From Patescibacteria group bacterium (lineage in GTDB: Bacteria; Patescibacteriota; Microgenomatia; UBA8517), in assembly GCA_018826545.1 (NCBI GenBank), contig JAHKAL010000046.1, positions 1-33,436 on the forward strand: a stretch of DNA of 33,436 bases, written 5' to 3'. Positions 1 through 8,943 of this stretch are shown piece by piece; within the stretch, counting starts at the first letter, position 1, and every line of letters begins with the position of its first letter. The notes below the pieces were generated by a model. It was given only the letters and a program-made list of their open reading frames with translations. It had not been told where the DNA came from and ran no database searches. Position numbers and translations under genes: made by a program.

Positions 1-151
1 CTAATTGGATTGCCCAATATCCATCTTTTTTTATATTTTTAATATACGTAACAACACAAGGACCTGCAGATACCTTGGTAATAGGAACTCTGCGTCCTTC
101 AATAAAAGACTGACTCATTGTTTGTTTTAATCCTAAAATTGTTTTTAACAT
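1..151 (-). CDS. rplC: 50S ribosomal protein L3, N-terminal fragment (continues beyond window start)
   Basis: Minus-strand ATG at 149-151. My translation is MLKTILGLKQTMSQSFIEGRRVPITKVSAGPCVVTYIKNIKKDGYWAIQL, which resembles the L3 N-terminus (E. coli ...GKKVGMTRIF...DGYRAIQV). It lies downstream of rpsJ, as in the S10 operon. Confidence 0.85.
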   Translation of the reverse strand, partial: MLKTILGLKQTMSQSFIEGRRVPITKVSAGPCVVTYIKNIKKDGYWAIQL

Positions 152-164
152 TTTTTTGAAACAC

Positions 165-189
165 AAAAAAAAGGTGCCGGAGGCACCTT
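165..189 (-). terminator. Intrinsic terminator-like hairpin (AAGGTGCC-TCC-GGCACCTT followed by T6) 19 nt upstream of the rplC ATG
   Basis: The 8-bp GC-rich stem at 171-189 is followed on the minus strand by TTTTTT (plus-strand A-run 165-170). It stands out in AT-rich intergenic DNA. Confidence 0.7.
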
Positions 190-254
190 ACTAAAGGTAC
201 TTTTCCGAACCCACCTCACGTGGTGATTTTAGACGAACTATCCACGATGGGCAA

Positions 255-283
255 ATTATATCAAATGAGGCTAAACTAAACAA
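255..283 (-). promoter_or_regulatory. Sigma70-like promoter TTGTTT-17 nt-TATAAT with extended -10 (TGaTATAAT) in the rpsJ-rplC spacer
   Basis: Minus-strand reading: -35 TTGTTT is plus 278-283, -10 TATAAT is plus 255-260, and the TG is at plus 262-263. The spacer is 17 nt. It faces the terminator hairpin and rplC. Confidence 0.5.
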
Positions 284-307
284 GAGATATAAATATTTTA
301 AAATTAC

Positions 308-616
308 TTACATCTTTATTTCAATTGAGACACCTGCGGGTAGATCAAGATTAGATAGAGAATCTATAGTTCTTTCTGAAGGATCCAAAATATCAATTAA
401 TCTTTTATGAACTAAAATCTCAAAATGTTCTTGAGCATCTTTATCTGTAAATGGAGATTTCTTAACAGACATTAAAGTTCTTTTTGTTGGTAAGGGAATG
501 GGGCCTACAATTTTTGCACCGGTTGCCAAAGCACTATCTAATATCTTAGCTGCCGCATCATCAATTACGCGGTGATCATAACTCTTAAGTTTGACTCTAA
601 GTCTTCCTGCTGGCAT
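308..616 (-). CDS. rpsJ: 30S ribosomal protein S10
   Basis: 102-aa ORF with an S10-like sequence (RLRVKLKSYDHRVID..GPIPLPTK). Canonical position after tuf. TAA stop. Confidence 0.95.
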   Translation of the reverse strand: MPAGRLRVKLKSYDHRVIDDAAAKILDSALATGAKIVGPIPLPTKRTLMSVKKSPFTDKDAQEHFEILVHKRLIDILDPSERTIDSLSNLDLPAGVSIEIKM

Positions 617-642
617 ATATTCCGGTTAAGGTGCTAAAAAAA

Positions 643-1842
643 TTAGGCAATTATTTTGGAAATGGCTCCTGCACCAACTGTGCTACCTCCTTCACGGATA
701 GCAAAACGGAGACCTTCTTCCATTGCCACTGGTTGAATCAATTTGACTTTCATTTTTGCATTGTCTCCAGGCATTACCATCTCAATACCTTCTGGAAGAG
801 ATACTTCTCCTGTTACATCTGCTGTTCTTATGTAAAATTGAGGTTTATATCCAGTGAAAAAAGGAGTATGTCTTCCACCTTCTTCTTTTGAGAGAATATA
901 AACTTCTGCCTCAAATTCTGTAGAAGGAGTTATTGATCCTGGCTTAGCCAAAACCTGTCCTCTTTCAACATCTTTTTTCTCAATTCCCCTTAAGAGTACA
1001 CCAACATTGTCACCTGCAATTGTTTCGTCTAATGTTTTTCTAAACATTTCAAGACCTGTTACAACTGCTTTTTTAGTATCTTTAAGCCCAACAATTTCAA
1101 TTTCTTCATTAAGTTTCAACTTTCCTCTTTCAACTTTCCCTGTAACTACAGTTCCCCTTCCTTGAATTGAGAAAACATCTTCAACATGCATCAAGAATGG
1201 TTTATCAACATCTCTTTTTGGTTCAGGGATAAAAGTATCTACAGCATCCATTAGAGCTATAATTTGTTTTTCTGCTTCTGGATCTCCTTCTAAAGCTTTC
1301 AAGGCTGAACCTTTAATTATTGGAGTTTCATCTCCTGGAAACTTATATTTCTTAAGAAGATCTCTAACATCTGCTTCAACCAAGTCAATAATTTCAGGAT
1401 CATCAACTGCATCACATTTATTCAAGAAAACCACCAATGCTGGAACATTAACTTGTCTTGCCAAAATAACATGTTCTCTTGTTTGAGGCATTGGTCCATC
1501 AGCTGCAGAAATAACTAAAATAGCACCATCCATTTGTGCAGCACCTGTAATCATGTTTTTGATATAATCCGCATGTCCTGGTGCATCTATATGAGCATAG
1601 TGGCGTTTTGCTGTTTCATACTCAATATGAGAAATGTTGATTGTAACTCCTCTTTCTTTTTCTTCTGGAGCATTATCAATTTCATCAAATTTTAAAACTT
1701 TTGTCTCATTCCCTGGTTGTTTAGATAAGACTGAAGTAATAGCAGCGGTTAAAGTAGTTTTTCCATGATCAACATGCCCAATAGTCCCAACATTTACGTG
1801 TGGTTTTGATCTGTCAAATTTTTGTTTTGCTACTCCTGCCAT
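643..1842 (-). CDS. tuf: Elongation factor Tu
   Basis: 399-aa ORF with [22 protein letters not shown] and SALKA G-motifs plus the domain II AGDNVG motif. TAA stop. Confidence 0.98.
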   Translation of the reverse strand: MAGVAKQKFDRSKPHVNVGTIGHVDHGKTTLTAAITSVLSKQPGNETKVLKFDEIDNAPEEKERGVTINISHIEYETAKRHYAHIDAPGHADYIKNMITGAAQMDGAILVISAADGPMPQTREHVILARQVNVPALVVFLNKCDAVDDPEIIDLVEADVRDLLKKYKFPGDETPIIKGSALKALEGDPEAEKQIIALMDAVDTFIPEPKRDVDKPFLMHVEDVFSIQGRGTVVTGKVERGKLKLNEEIEIVGLKDTKKAVVTGLEMFRKTLDETIAGDNVGVLLRGIEKKDVERGQVLAKPGSITPSTEFEAEVYILSKEEGGRHTPFFTGYKPQFYIRTADVTGEVSLPEGIEMVMPGDNAKMKVKLIQPVAMEEGLRFAIREGGSTVGAGAISKIIA

Positions 1843-1899
1843 ATTTTGTTATTTTAATACAAATTGATACGGGCTTCAAGCCCATATTGTATAGACGAC

Positions 1900-1929
1900 A
1901 TTATACTCAAGCCTAAATAAGCCTGTCAA
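1900..1929 (-). promoter_or_regulatory. Consensus sigma70-like promoter TTGACA-18 nt-TATAAT upstream of tuf
   Basis: Minus strand: TTGACA is plus 1924-1929 and TATAAT is plus 1900-1905. It sits in the 170-nt fusA-tuf spacer and is followed by a GGGCT-tga-AGCCC hairpin (plus 1871-1883) in the predicted 5' UTR. Confidence 0.55.
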
Positions 1930-2013
1930 GCGGTAATACTATTACATTCCTCAATTTTTCAATAGCCCTTCTTAACAAGAAACCTTAAATTAAATAAATA
2001 AACTTTGCTAGAA

Positions 2014-4182
2014 TTATCTTCTTGGCATTTCAACTTTACCTGCTTTTGAAACAATATTTTCTGTAATATTTTTTGGTACTTCATTATAATGACTTGGCTC
2101 CATATAATATGATGCTCTTCCTTGAGATAAAGATCTAAGTTTGGTAGCATAACCGGATAATTCTGCTAAAGGTGCCTCAGCAAGTACAACAGTTATCATT
2201 CCTCTTTTTTTCGTACCCTGAATCTGAGCTCTTTTTGCAGATAAATCACCAATAACATCTCCCATAAATTCTTCTGGTGTTGAAACTTCTATTTTCATTA
2301 TTGGTTCCAAAAGAATCATTTCTGCTTTTCTTGCAGCTTCTTCCAAAGCTAAAGACCCTGCAATTTTAAAGGCTATTTCTGAAGAATCAACATCATGATA
2401 ACTTCCATCAAATACTGCAACTTTCATATCAACCATAGGAAAACCTGCCAAAATTCCATTTTCCATTTTTTCTTTGACACCTTTTTGAATTGGAGAAATA
2501 AATTCAGAAGGAATCGCTCCACCTCGTATTTCTGATTTAAATTCATAACCTTCTCCTCTTGCCTTTGGTTCAATTCTTAATAAACAATGTCCATACTGTC
2601 CACGACCTCCGGTTTGCCTTATATACTTTCCTTCACCTTCAGCAATCTTTTTAATTGTTTCTTTATAAGCAACTTGTGGAGCTCCAGTTGTAGCTTCAAC
2701 ATTAAATTCTCTTTTCATTCTATCAACTAAAACTTCAAGCTGCAGCTCTCCCATTCCTGCGATAATTGTTTGTCCTGTTTCTTGGTTTGATTTAATTCTA
2801 AAAGTTGGATCTTCATCTGAAAGTTTCCCTAAAGCTATACCCATTTTTTCTTGATCAGCTTTAGTTGCAGGCTCAATAGCAAGAGAAATAACAGGTTCAG
2901 GAAAACTAATTGATTCCAAAACAATTGGATTTTCAATATTACAAATCGTATCTCCTGTTGTAGTATCCCTAATACCCACAACCACTACTATCTCTCAAGC
3001 AAAAGCTTCTTTGACAAGTTCTCTTTGATCAGCATGCATTAAAACTAGTTTTCCAATTCTTTCTTTGATTTGCTTTGTTGAATTGGATACTTCTTGACCT
3101 GCTGAAACTTTTCCTGAATAGATCCTCAAATATACCAATCTTCCGACATGTGGATCTGTCATAACTTTAAAAGCTAAGGCTGAAAACTTTTCTTCATTTT
3201 TTCTGTGCCTAATTTCTTTTTCTCCAGTTTTCGGGTTAACACCTTCAATTGCTAACAAATCTAAAGGAGATGGTAAATATTCAACTACACCCCTAAGAAG
3301 AAGTTGAGCTTCAGCAGTTCTGTTGTCTCCTCCAAAAATTGGAAAGAATTTAACTGCAATTACTCCCTTTCTTATCGCTTTTTTTATTTCTTCAGAAGTT
3401 GGTTCTTGCCCTTCTAAAAACTTAGTTAAAGTAATATCGTCAAATTCTGAAACTTTTTCAATTAATTCTTTTCTATATTTTTTGGCTTGGTCAACTAATT
3501 CAGTCGGAATTTCACTTTCAGTTAATTTGTTATCTTCCAAAGAAGAATAGGTCAGTGCCTTCATTGTAATTAAATCAACTACTCCTTTATGTTCATGCTC
3601 TATGCCTATCGGAATAGTTACAGCAGCAGCATTTGCACCTAATCTTTCTCTTATTGATTTAATACTTCCTTCAAAATCCGCACCGATGAGATTAAGTTTA
3701 TTTAATACACAAATTCGCGGAACTTTATATTTATCAGCTTGATGCCAAACAGTTTCTGATTGGCTTTCTACTCCGGTCCTACCATCAAAAACCATCAATG
3801 CTCCATCCAAAACTCTTAAAGATCTTTCAACTTCTGCTGTAAAATCAATATGACCTGGAGTATCAATAATATTTATTCTGTAATGACCTTTTTCTACTGA
3901 TGAATCATTCATTAAATCCCAAAATGTAGTAATAGCAGCTGACATAATTGTAATTCCACGCTCACGTTCCTGTGCCATCCAATCTGTAACAGTAGTTCCT
4001 TCATCAACACTACCTAATTTATAAGTTTTCCCTGTCTCAAAAAGAATTCTTTCAGTAGTAGTAGTTTTTCCAGCATCAATATGAGCAATAATCCCCATAT
4101 TTCGGATTTTTTCCAATGGTACATCACGGTCTTTTGTGGCCGTCATTATCATAGCTGATTTCTTCTTTTGTACTTCTGCCAT
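2014..4182 (-). CDS. fusA: Elongation factor G, one continuous frame of 722 sense positions interrupted by a single in-frame TGA at 2995-2997 (track shows it as 395-aa and 323-aa ORFs)
   Basis: The N-terminal ORF carries [15 protein letters not shown] and DTPGHIDF. The C-terminal ORF carries [24 protein letters not shown] and domains IV-V. Both ORFs share one frame: ...[24 protein letters not shown]. An alternative start at MIMTATKD is possible. TAA stop at 2014. Confidence 0.9.
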
Positions 4183-4266
4183 TTTTTAATTAAAACAAAA
4201 GGTTTTCCTTTAAATTAAACCTCTGAGAAATTTTACCAATTAAATACTTACAAAAACAATTATTTG

Positions 4267-4746
4267 TTACCATCTGAAGTGGGCAAATGCACGATTCGCT
4301 TCAGCCATTCTTTCAGAATCCGTCTTCTTTTTAACTGCTGCACCATCTCCTTTTATGGCATCCAAAATTTCTGCTGCTAATTTTTCTGCAAAAGTTTTAT
4401 ATTCTTTACTATCTCTTAATCTTGTAGCATTAACCAACCATCTAATTGCCAAAGAATCTCTTCTTGAACCTCTTACTGTCATAGGAACTTGATAAGCAGC
4501 TCCACCAACTCTTCTTGAACGAACTTCCATTGTAGGCCTTATATTATCAAGTGCTTTATTAAACACTTTATCAGGATCTTCTTTTGTTTTTTCTTTAACA
4601 ATTTCAAATGCTTTATAAATCTGTTTTTGGGTTACAGATTTTTTACCATCCTTCATACTTCTATTAATAAGTTTAGTAACTAATATATCTAAATATATTG
4701 GGTCTGGTTCAATTTTTCTTACTTTAACAAAACCTTTTCTACTCAT
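4267..4746 (-). CDS. rpsG: 30S ribosomal protein S7
   Basis: An S7-like sequence runs from MSRKGFVKVRKIEPDPIY to AFAHFRW. The ATG at 4744-4746 lies 4 nt after the rpsL stop. The longer track ORF (to 4965) overlaps rpsL out of frame. Confidence 0.93.
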   Translation of the reverse strand: MSRKGFVKVRKIEPDPIYLDILVTKLINRSMKDGKKSVTQKQIYKAFEIVKEKTKEDPDKVFNKALDNIRPTMEVRSRRVGGAAYQVPMTVRGSRRDSLAIRWLVNATRLRDSKEYKTFAEKLAAEILDAIKGDGAAVKKKTDSERMAEANRAFAHFRW

Positions 4747-4750
4747 AGCT

Positions 4751-5209
4751 TTAAGCTTGTGGCACCTCAGCTGCTGGTACTGCAACTTGAGTTTTTGAAG
4801 CTCCTCCTTTCTTTGTTCCATATCTACTTCTTCCGGTCTGTCTTCCAACAACACCTGTAGTATCAAATTTCCCTCTAACAATATGGTATTTAACACCTGG
4901 CAAATCCTTAACCCTTCCTCCTCTAACCATAACAATTGAATGTTCAGCAAGTTCATGTCCTTCACCGGGAATATAGGCTGTTATTTCCTGTTTATTGGAA
5001 AGTCTGACTCTTGCAACTTTTCTCAAAGCTGAATTAGGTTTTTTAGGAGTCATCGTTCTAACAGACAAAACCACTCCTCTTTTGAAAGGAGATGTTTGTT
5101 CACTAAATTTTCTATCTTTTGAATTAAACCAACGTCTTAAAGCAGTTGTTTTATTCTTTTTAAGAATTGTTTTTCTTCCTTTTCTAACTAATTGAGATGT
5201 TGTTGGCAT
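4751..5209 (-). CDS. rpsL: 30S ribosomal protein S12 (with N-proximal insertion and C-terminal extension)
   Basis: Contains [12 protein letters not shown] and [13 protein letters not shown] motifs. 152-aa ORF. TAA stop. Confidence 0.95.
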   Translation of the reverse strand: MPTTSQLVRKGRKTILKKNKTTALRRWFNSKDRKFSEQTSPFKRGVVLSVRTMTPKKPNSALRKVARVRLSNKQEITAYIPGEGHELAEHSIVMVRGGRVKDLPGVKYHIVRGKFDTTGVVGRQTGRSRYGTKKGGASKTQVAVPAAEVPQA

Positions 5210-5213
5210 AATT

Positions 5214-8200
5214 TTATTTTACTTGATTAGGTATAATAGCTCTCTCAGGAGTTACTGGTATTAATCTTCCTATTATTACATTTTCTTTAAGTCCAACCAA
5301 TTTATCTTCTTTTGCCATTAAAGAAGCAGTCGTAAGTACATCTGTTGTTTGTTCAAAAGATGCAGCTGAAAGCCAGCTCTCTGTATTTAAAGCTCTTCTT
5401 GTTATTCCTAAAATAATCTGTTGTGCTGATGCAGGTTCGCCACCTTCAGCAAGAATTTTTTCATTTTCTTCTTCAAAAGAAGTTTTATCGATTAAATCTC
5501 CTGGTAGAAATAGTGTGTCACCAGAAGTTAATATTCTAACTTCATCGCTCATTTTTCTAATCATAACTTCAAAATGTTTATCGTTAATAGGTATTCCTTG
5601 ATTTTCATAAACTTTTTGAATTTCACCAACTAAATATTCCTGTGCGGCCCTTAGACCTTTTATCATCAATATTTCTTTAATATCCAAACTTCCAGATGAC
5701 AATTGTGTCCCTGCATCAATAAGTTGTTTATCTTCAACTATTAATTGACTCGTTTTGGGAACAATATATTCTCTTTCTTCTTTTGGTTTAGTATTAACAG
5801 AAGTTACTTTTACTTTCCATCCTTCTTCAGAATCAGCGATAGTTACCTTTCCAGCAATTTCAGACATTGGAGAAAATACTTTTGGAACTCTAGATTCAAA
5901 TAATTCTTCAACTCTAGGGAGACCTTGAGTAACATCCAAGCCAATTGTTCCACCAGAGTGCTTTGTCCTTAAAGTAAGCTGAGTACCTGGTTCACCAATA
6001 GATTGAGCGGCAATAACACCAACTGGTGTACCAACATCCACTAATTTTTTGTTAGATAAATCCAAACCATAACATTTTTTACATATTCCGTATCTTAATC
6101 CACAAGTTAATGGAGATCTAACTTTTACTTCGGTTACACCTACTAAATTAATCTCTTTTGCCTGCTCTTCACTAATAAAATCACCTTTTGCAACAATTAC
6201 TTTTTTAGTTTTTGGATTTACAACTTCCTCTACTGCATATCTACCAAAAATTCTTAGATTAAAAACATTCGGCCTTGTTATCTTTTTAATAATTAAACCT
6301 TCTTGAGTTTTACAATCTTCATCTCTCACAATAACGTCATGTGCGACATCAACAAGTCTCCTTGTAAGATAACCCGCATCTGCAGTTTTAAGAGCAGTAT
6401 CAGTAAGACCTTTTCTTGAACCTCTTGAGGAAGTAACATACTCAAAAACTGAAAGACCTTCTTTGAAATTAGATTTAGTAGGCAATTCAACAATATTACC
6501 TAAAGGATCAACTACCAAACCTCTTATGGCTGCAAGTTGTTTTACCTGCTCTTTTGAAGCTCTACCCACTTTTGCATCTATTACTAATCTTATAGGAGAA
6601 TTTTTATCCAAATTATTCCAAGTTTTTTCTGCTAAATCTTCAGTTACATCAATCCATACTCCCTGAGACAATCTTTTCTTTTCTTCTATTGTAATAAGAC
6701 CTTGTTCAAAATTAGTTTCTATCTCTGCAACTTTTTTCTCTGCTTCAGCCAAAATCTTAGCTTTTTCAGGTAGAATTTGAGCATCGTTTATTCCAAAAGA
6801 AATTCCTGAAATAGTTCCACCTTTAAAACCAAGGGTTTTTATTGCATCGATCATTTCAACAACTTTTTCTTTATCTTCCATAGAATAGGCTTTACTGAAA
6901 AGACTTTTAATTACAGATGATGTGACAGCTTCATTTAGAAAATCAAATTCATTAGGCAAAGCTTCATTAAAAAGTATTCTTCCCACTGTTGTTTCAATGA
7001 TTTTTCCATCATGTCTTACTGAAATTGTCTGTCTTAATTCTACTTTTCGAGACTGATAAGCAGTTATTGCCTCTTCAAAATCAGCATATATACTTCCATA
7101 AGGAGCTATTCTTGAATCTCCACTTGTTAAATAATAGACACCCAATGCCATCTCTTTTGATGCCGGAGTAGAAACTGGGGAACCGTCAGATGGTCTTAAA
7201 AGATTGCGTTTCGGAAGCATTAATTCAATTGCTTCAGATACAGCTTTTTTAGATAAAGGAACATGAACAGCCATTTGATCTCCATCAAAATCAGCATTAA
7301 AACCTGAACAAATCGCTGGATGAATTCTAATGGCACTTCCTTCAATTAAGATTGGATAAAAAGCCTGAATACCTAATTTATGCAAAGTAGGAGCACGATT
7401 CAAAAGAACAGGGTGATTTTTTGTAATTTCCTCCAAAATATCAAAAACCTCTGCAGGTCTCCTTTCAAGCATATTTTTCGCACTTCTAACGTTTGGAGCA
7501 ATTGCTTGAGCAATCATCTCTCTTAAAACAAAAGGTTTAAACATCTCCAATGCCATTTCTTTTGGTAAACCACATTGATTAAGTTTAAGTTCTGGTCCAA
7601 CAATAATTACACTTCTTCCTGAATAATCAACTCTTTTTCCTAAAAGATTCTGTCTAAATCTACCTTTCTTCCCTTTTAGTATGTCTGAAAGACTTCTTAA
7701 AGCTAGCTTTCCACGACCACGCCTTACAGCTTTTCTTTGAGATGAATCAATTAAAGAATCAACTGCTTCCTGCAACATTCTTTTCTCATTTCTTAAAATA
7801 ATCTCAGGTGCTCCTAAACCAATAAGGTGTTTTAATCTATTATTCCTATTGATTACTCTTCTATAAAGATCATTTAAATCACTAGTTGCAAATCTTCCAC
7901 CAGAAAGCTGAACCATTGGTCTCAAATCTGGAGGTAAAACTGGAAGTACTCTCAAAATCATCCATGGAGGATTAATTTTTGCTCTTCTTAAACCGTCAAT
8001 TAGTTTTAATCTTTTGGCAAGTTTTACAAACTTTGAACCTGTTCCTTTTGTTTCATCAATTTGAGTTCTTAAATCAACTGCAATTTTATCAATATCAACT
8101 TTTTCTATTGCAGCCAAAACTGCCTCAGCTCCCATTTTTGCAGTCATAAAACCTTCCGCTTCATAAGAAGAAAGACTTTCATATTCTTCCTCTGATAAAA

Positions 8201-8942
8201 CTGACAAAGTTTTTACAGATCGAACAAGTAACATTAAATTATCAAAAAGTTGTGTTGTTTTTTCCATTGTGGATACCTCTTCTTCAGATAAAGCCATTTG
8301 TTTTTTTCTTAAATCAAGTTCTATTTCTGAAATTGCTAAGGCTTTTTGCTCTTTATTTTTAATTTTTTGTTTTGTTTTTTCTTTTTCTTTTACCGATTCT
8401 TGATTTAAAAGAACTTTTCTTGCAGAAAATTCTTCTTTTATATTTTTTAGTCTTTCCTCCAAATAATTTTGGAGAGTTTTTCTAGCCTCTTTCTTTTTTG
8501 TCTCATCAGTTGCAATAACTAAATATCTAGCAAAATAGATTACTTGCTCAATCGCTCTAGGAGGAATACCTAAAAGTAAAGAAATTTTTGATGGAGCTCC
8601 TTTGAAAAACCATACATGTGCAACTGGAGTAGCTAGATTAATATGTCCCATTCTTTCTCTTCTCACTCTACTTTGGGTTACTTCAACTCCGCATTTATCA
8701 CAAACAACACCTTTATATCTAATTCTTTTATACTTTCCGCAATAACATTCCCAATCTTTTGTAGGTCCAAAAATTCTTTCATCAAAAAGTCCATCTTTTT
8801 CAGGTTTTAGGGTTCTATAGTTAATAGTTTCAGGTTTTGTTACTTCTCCACGAGACCACTTCCTGATTTCTTCAGGAGATGCAAGTTTGATAGTTAAACT
8901 TTCAAAATCTGCTAATTTTCTAAAATCTGATAATGGTTCCAT
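5214..8942 (-). CDS. rpoC: DNA-directed RNA polymerase subunit beta'
   Basis: 1242 aa. Carries the zinc-binding [23 protein letters not shown], the catalytic [12 protein letters not shown] and the bridge-helix/trigger-loop regions. The start lies 1 nt after the rpoB stop. Confidence 0.98.
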   Translation of the reverse strand: MEPLSDFRKLADFESLTIKLASPEEIRKWSRGEVTKPETINYRTLKPEKDGLFDERIFGPTKDWECYCGKYKRIRYKGVVCDKCGVEVTQSRVRRERMGHINLATPVAHVWFFKGAPSKISLLLGIPPRAIEQVIYFARYLVIATDETKKKEARKTLQNYLEERLKNIKEEFSARKVLLNQESVKEKEKTKQKIKNKEQKALAISEIELDLRKKQMALSEEEVSTMEKTTQLFDNLMLLVRSVKTLSVLSEEEYESLSSYEAEGFMTAKMGAEAVLAAIEKVDIDKIAVDLRTQIDETKGTGSKFVKLAKRLKLIDGLRRAKINPPWMILRVLPVLPPDLRPMVQLSGGRFATSDLNDLYRRVINRNNRLKHLIGLGAPEIILRNEKRMLQEAVDSLIDSSQRKAVRRGRGKLALRSLSDILKGKKGRFRQNLLGKRVDYSGRSVIIVGPELKLNQCGLPKEMALEMFKPFVLREMIAQAIAPNVRSAKNMLERRPAEVFDILEEITKNHPVLLNRAPTLHKLGIQAFYPILIEGSAIRIHPAICSGFNADFDGDQMAVHVPLSKKAVSEAIELMLPKRNLLRPSDGSPVSTPASKEMALGVYYLTSGDSRIAPYGSIYADFEEAITAYQSRKVELRQTISVRHDGKIIETTVGRILFNEALPNEFDFLNEAVTSSVIKSLFSKAYSMEDKEKVVEMIDAIKTLGFKGGTISGISFGINDAQILPEKAKILAEAEKKVAEIETNFEQGLITIEEKKRLSQGVWIDVTEDLAEKTWNNLDKNSPIRLVIDAKVGRASKEQVKQLAAIRGLVVDPLGNIVELPTKSNFKEGLSVFEYVTSSRGSRKGLTDTALKTADAGYLTRRLVDVAHDVIVRDEDCKTQEGLIIKKITRPNVFNLRIFGRYAVEEVVNPKTKKVIVAKGDFISEEQAKEINLVGVTEVKVRSPLTCGLRYGICKKCYGLDLSNKKLVDVGTPVGVIAAQSIGEPGTQLTLRTKHSGGTIGLDVTQGLPRVEELFESRVPKVFSPMSEIAGKVTIADSEEGWKVKVTSVNTKPKEEREYIVPKTSQLIVEDKQLIDAGTQLSSGSLDIKEILMIKGLRAAQEYLVGEIQKVYENQGIPINDKHFEVMIRKMSDEVRILTSGDTLFLPGDLIDKTSFEEENEKILAEGGEPASAQQIILGITRRALNTESWLSAASFEQTTDVLTTASLMAKEDKLVGLKENVIIGRLIPVTPERAIIPNQVK

Positions 8943-8943
8943 A

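Noticed and set aside
190-250. Possible tRNA or SRP (4.5S) RNA in the rpsJ-rplC spacer
   Set aside because: I could not build an acceptor stem or cloverleaf, and the T-loop GTTCGAATC-type motif is absent. The TTCGGAAAAG segment lacks the SRP domain IV context (GGAA tetraloop closed by C-G plus the AGCA loop). It is kept only as a generic structured leader or sRNA candidate.
1959-2150. Minus-strand 63-aa ORF overlapping the fusA 3' end; similar out-of-frame ORFs at 16842-17060 and 31669-31908
   Set aside because: They overlap strongly supported genes (fusA, alaS and the 727-aa gene, dnaJ) in alternative frames and have no family resemblance.
2995-2997. Selenocysteine insertion at the fusA TGA
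   Set aside because: The codon aligns with a conserved Gly in a structural beta-barrel motif rather than a redox-active Cys/Sec site. EF-G is not a known selenoprotein.
4747-4965. N-terminal 73-aa extension of the 232-aa ORF containing rpsG
   Set aside because: It overlaps the 3' part of rpsL in another frame. S7 homology begins at MSRKGF (ATG at 4746), 4 nt after the rpsL stop.
7990-8520. K/E-rich ~180-aa segment in RpoC (residues ~145-330) as a possible foreign insertion or intein
   Set aside because: It reads as a coiled-coil-like lineage-specific insertion at a position where beta' commonly tolerates insertions. It has no intein splice motifs or nuclease signatures, and the frame and flanking conserved blocks are intact.
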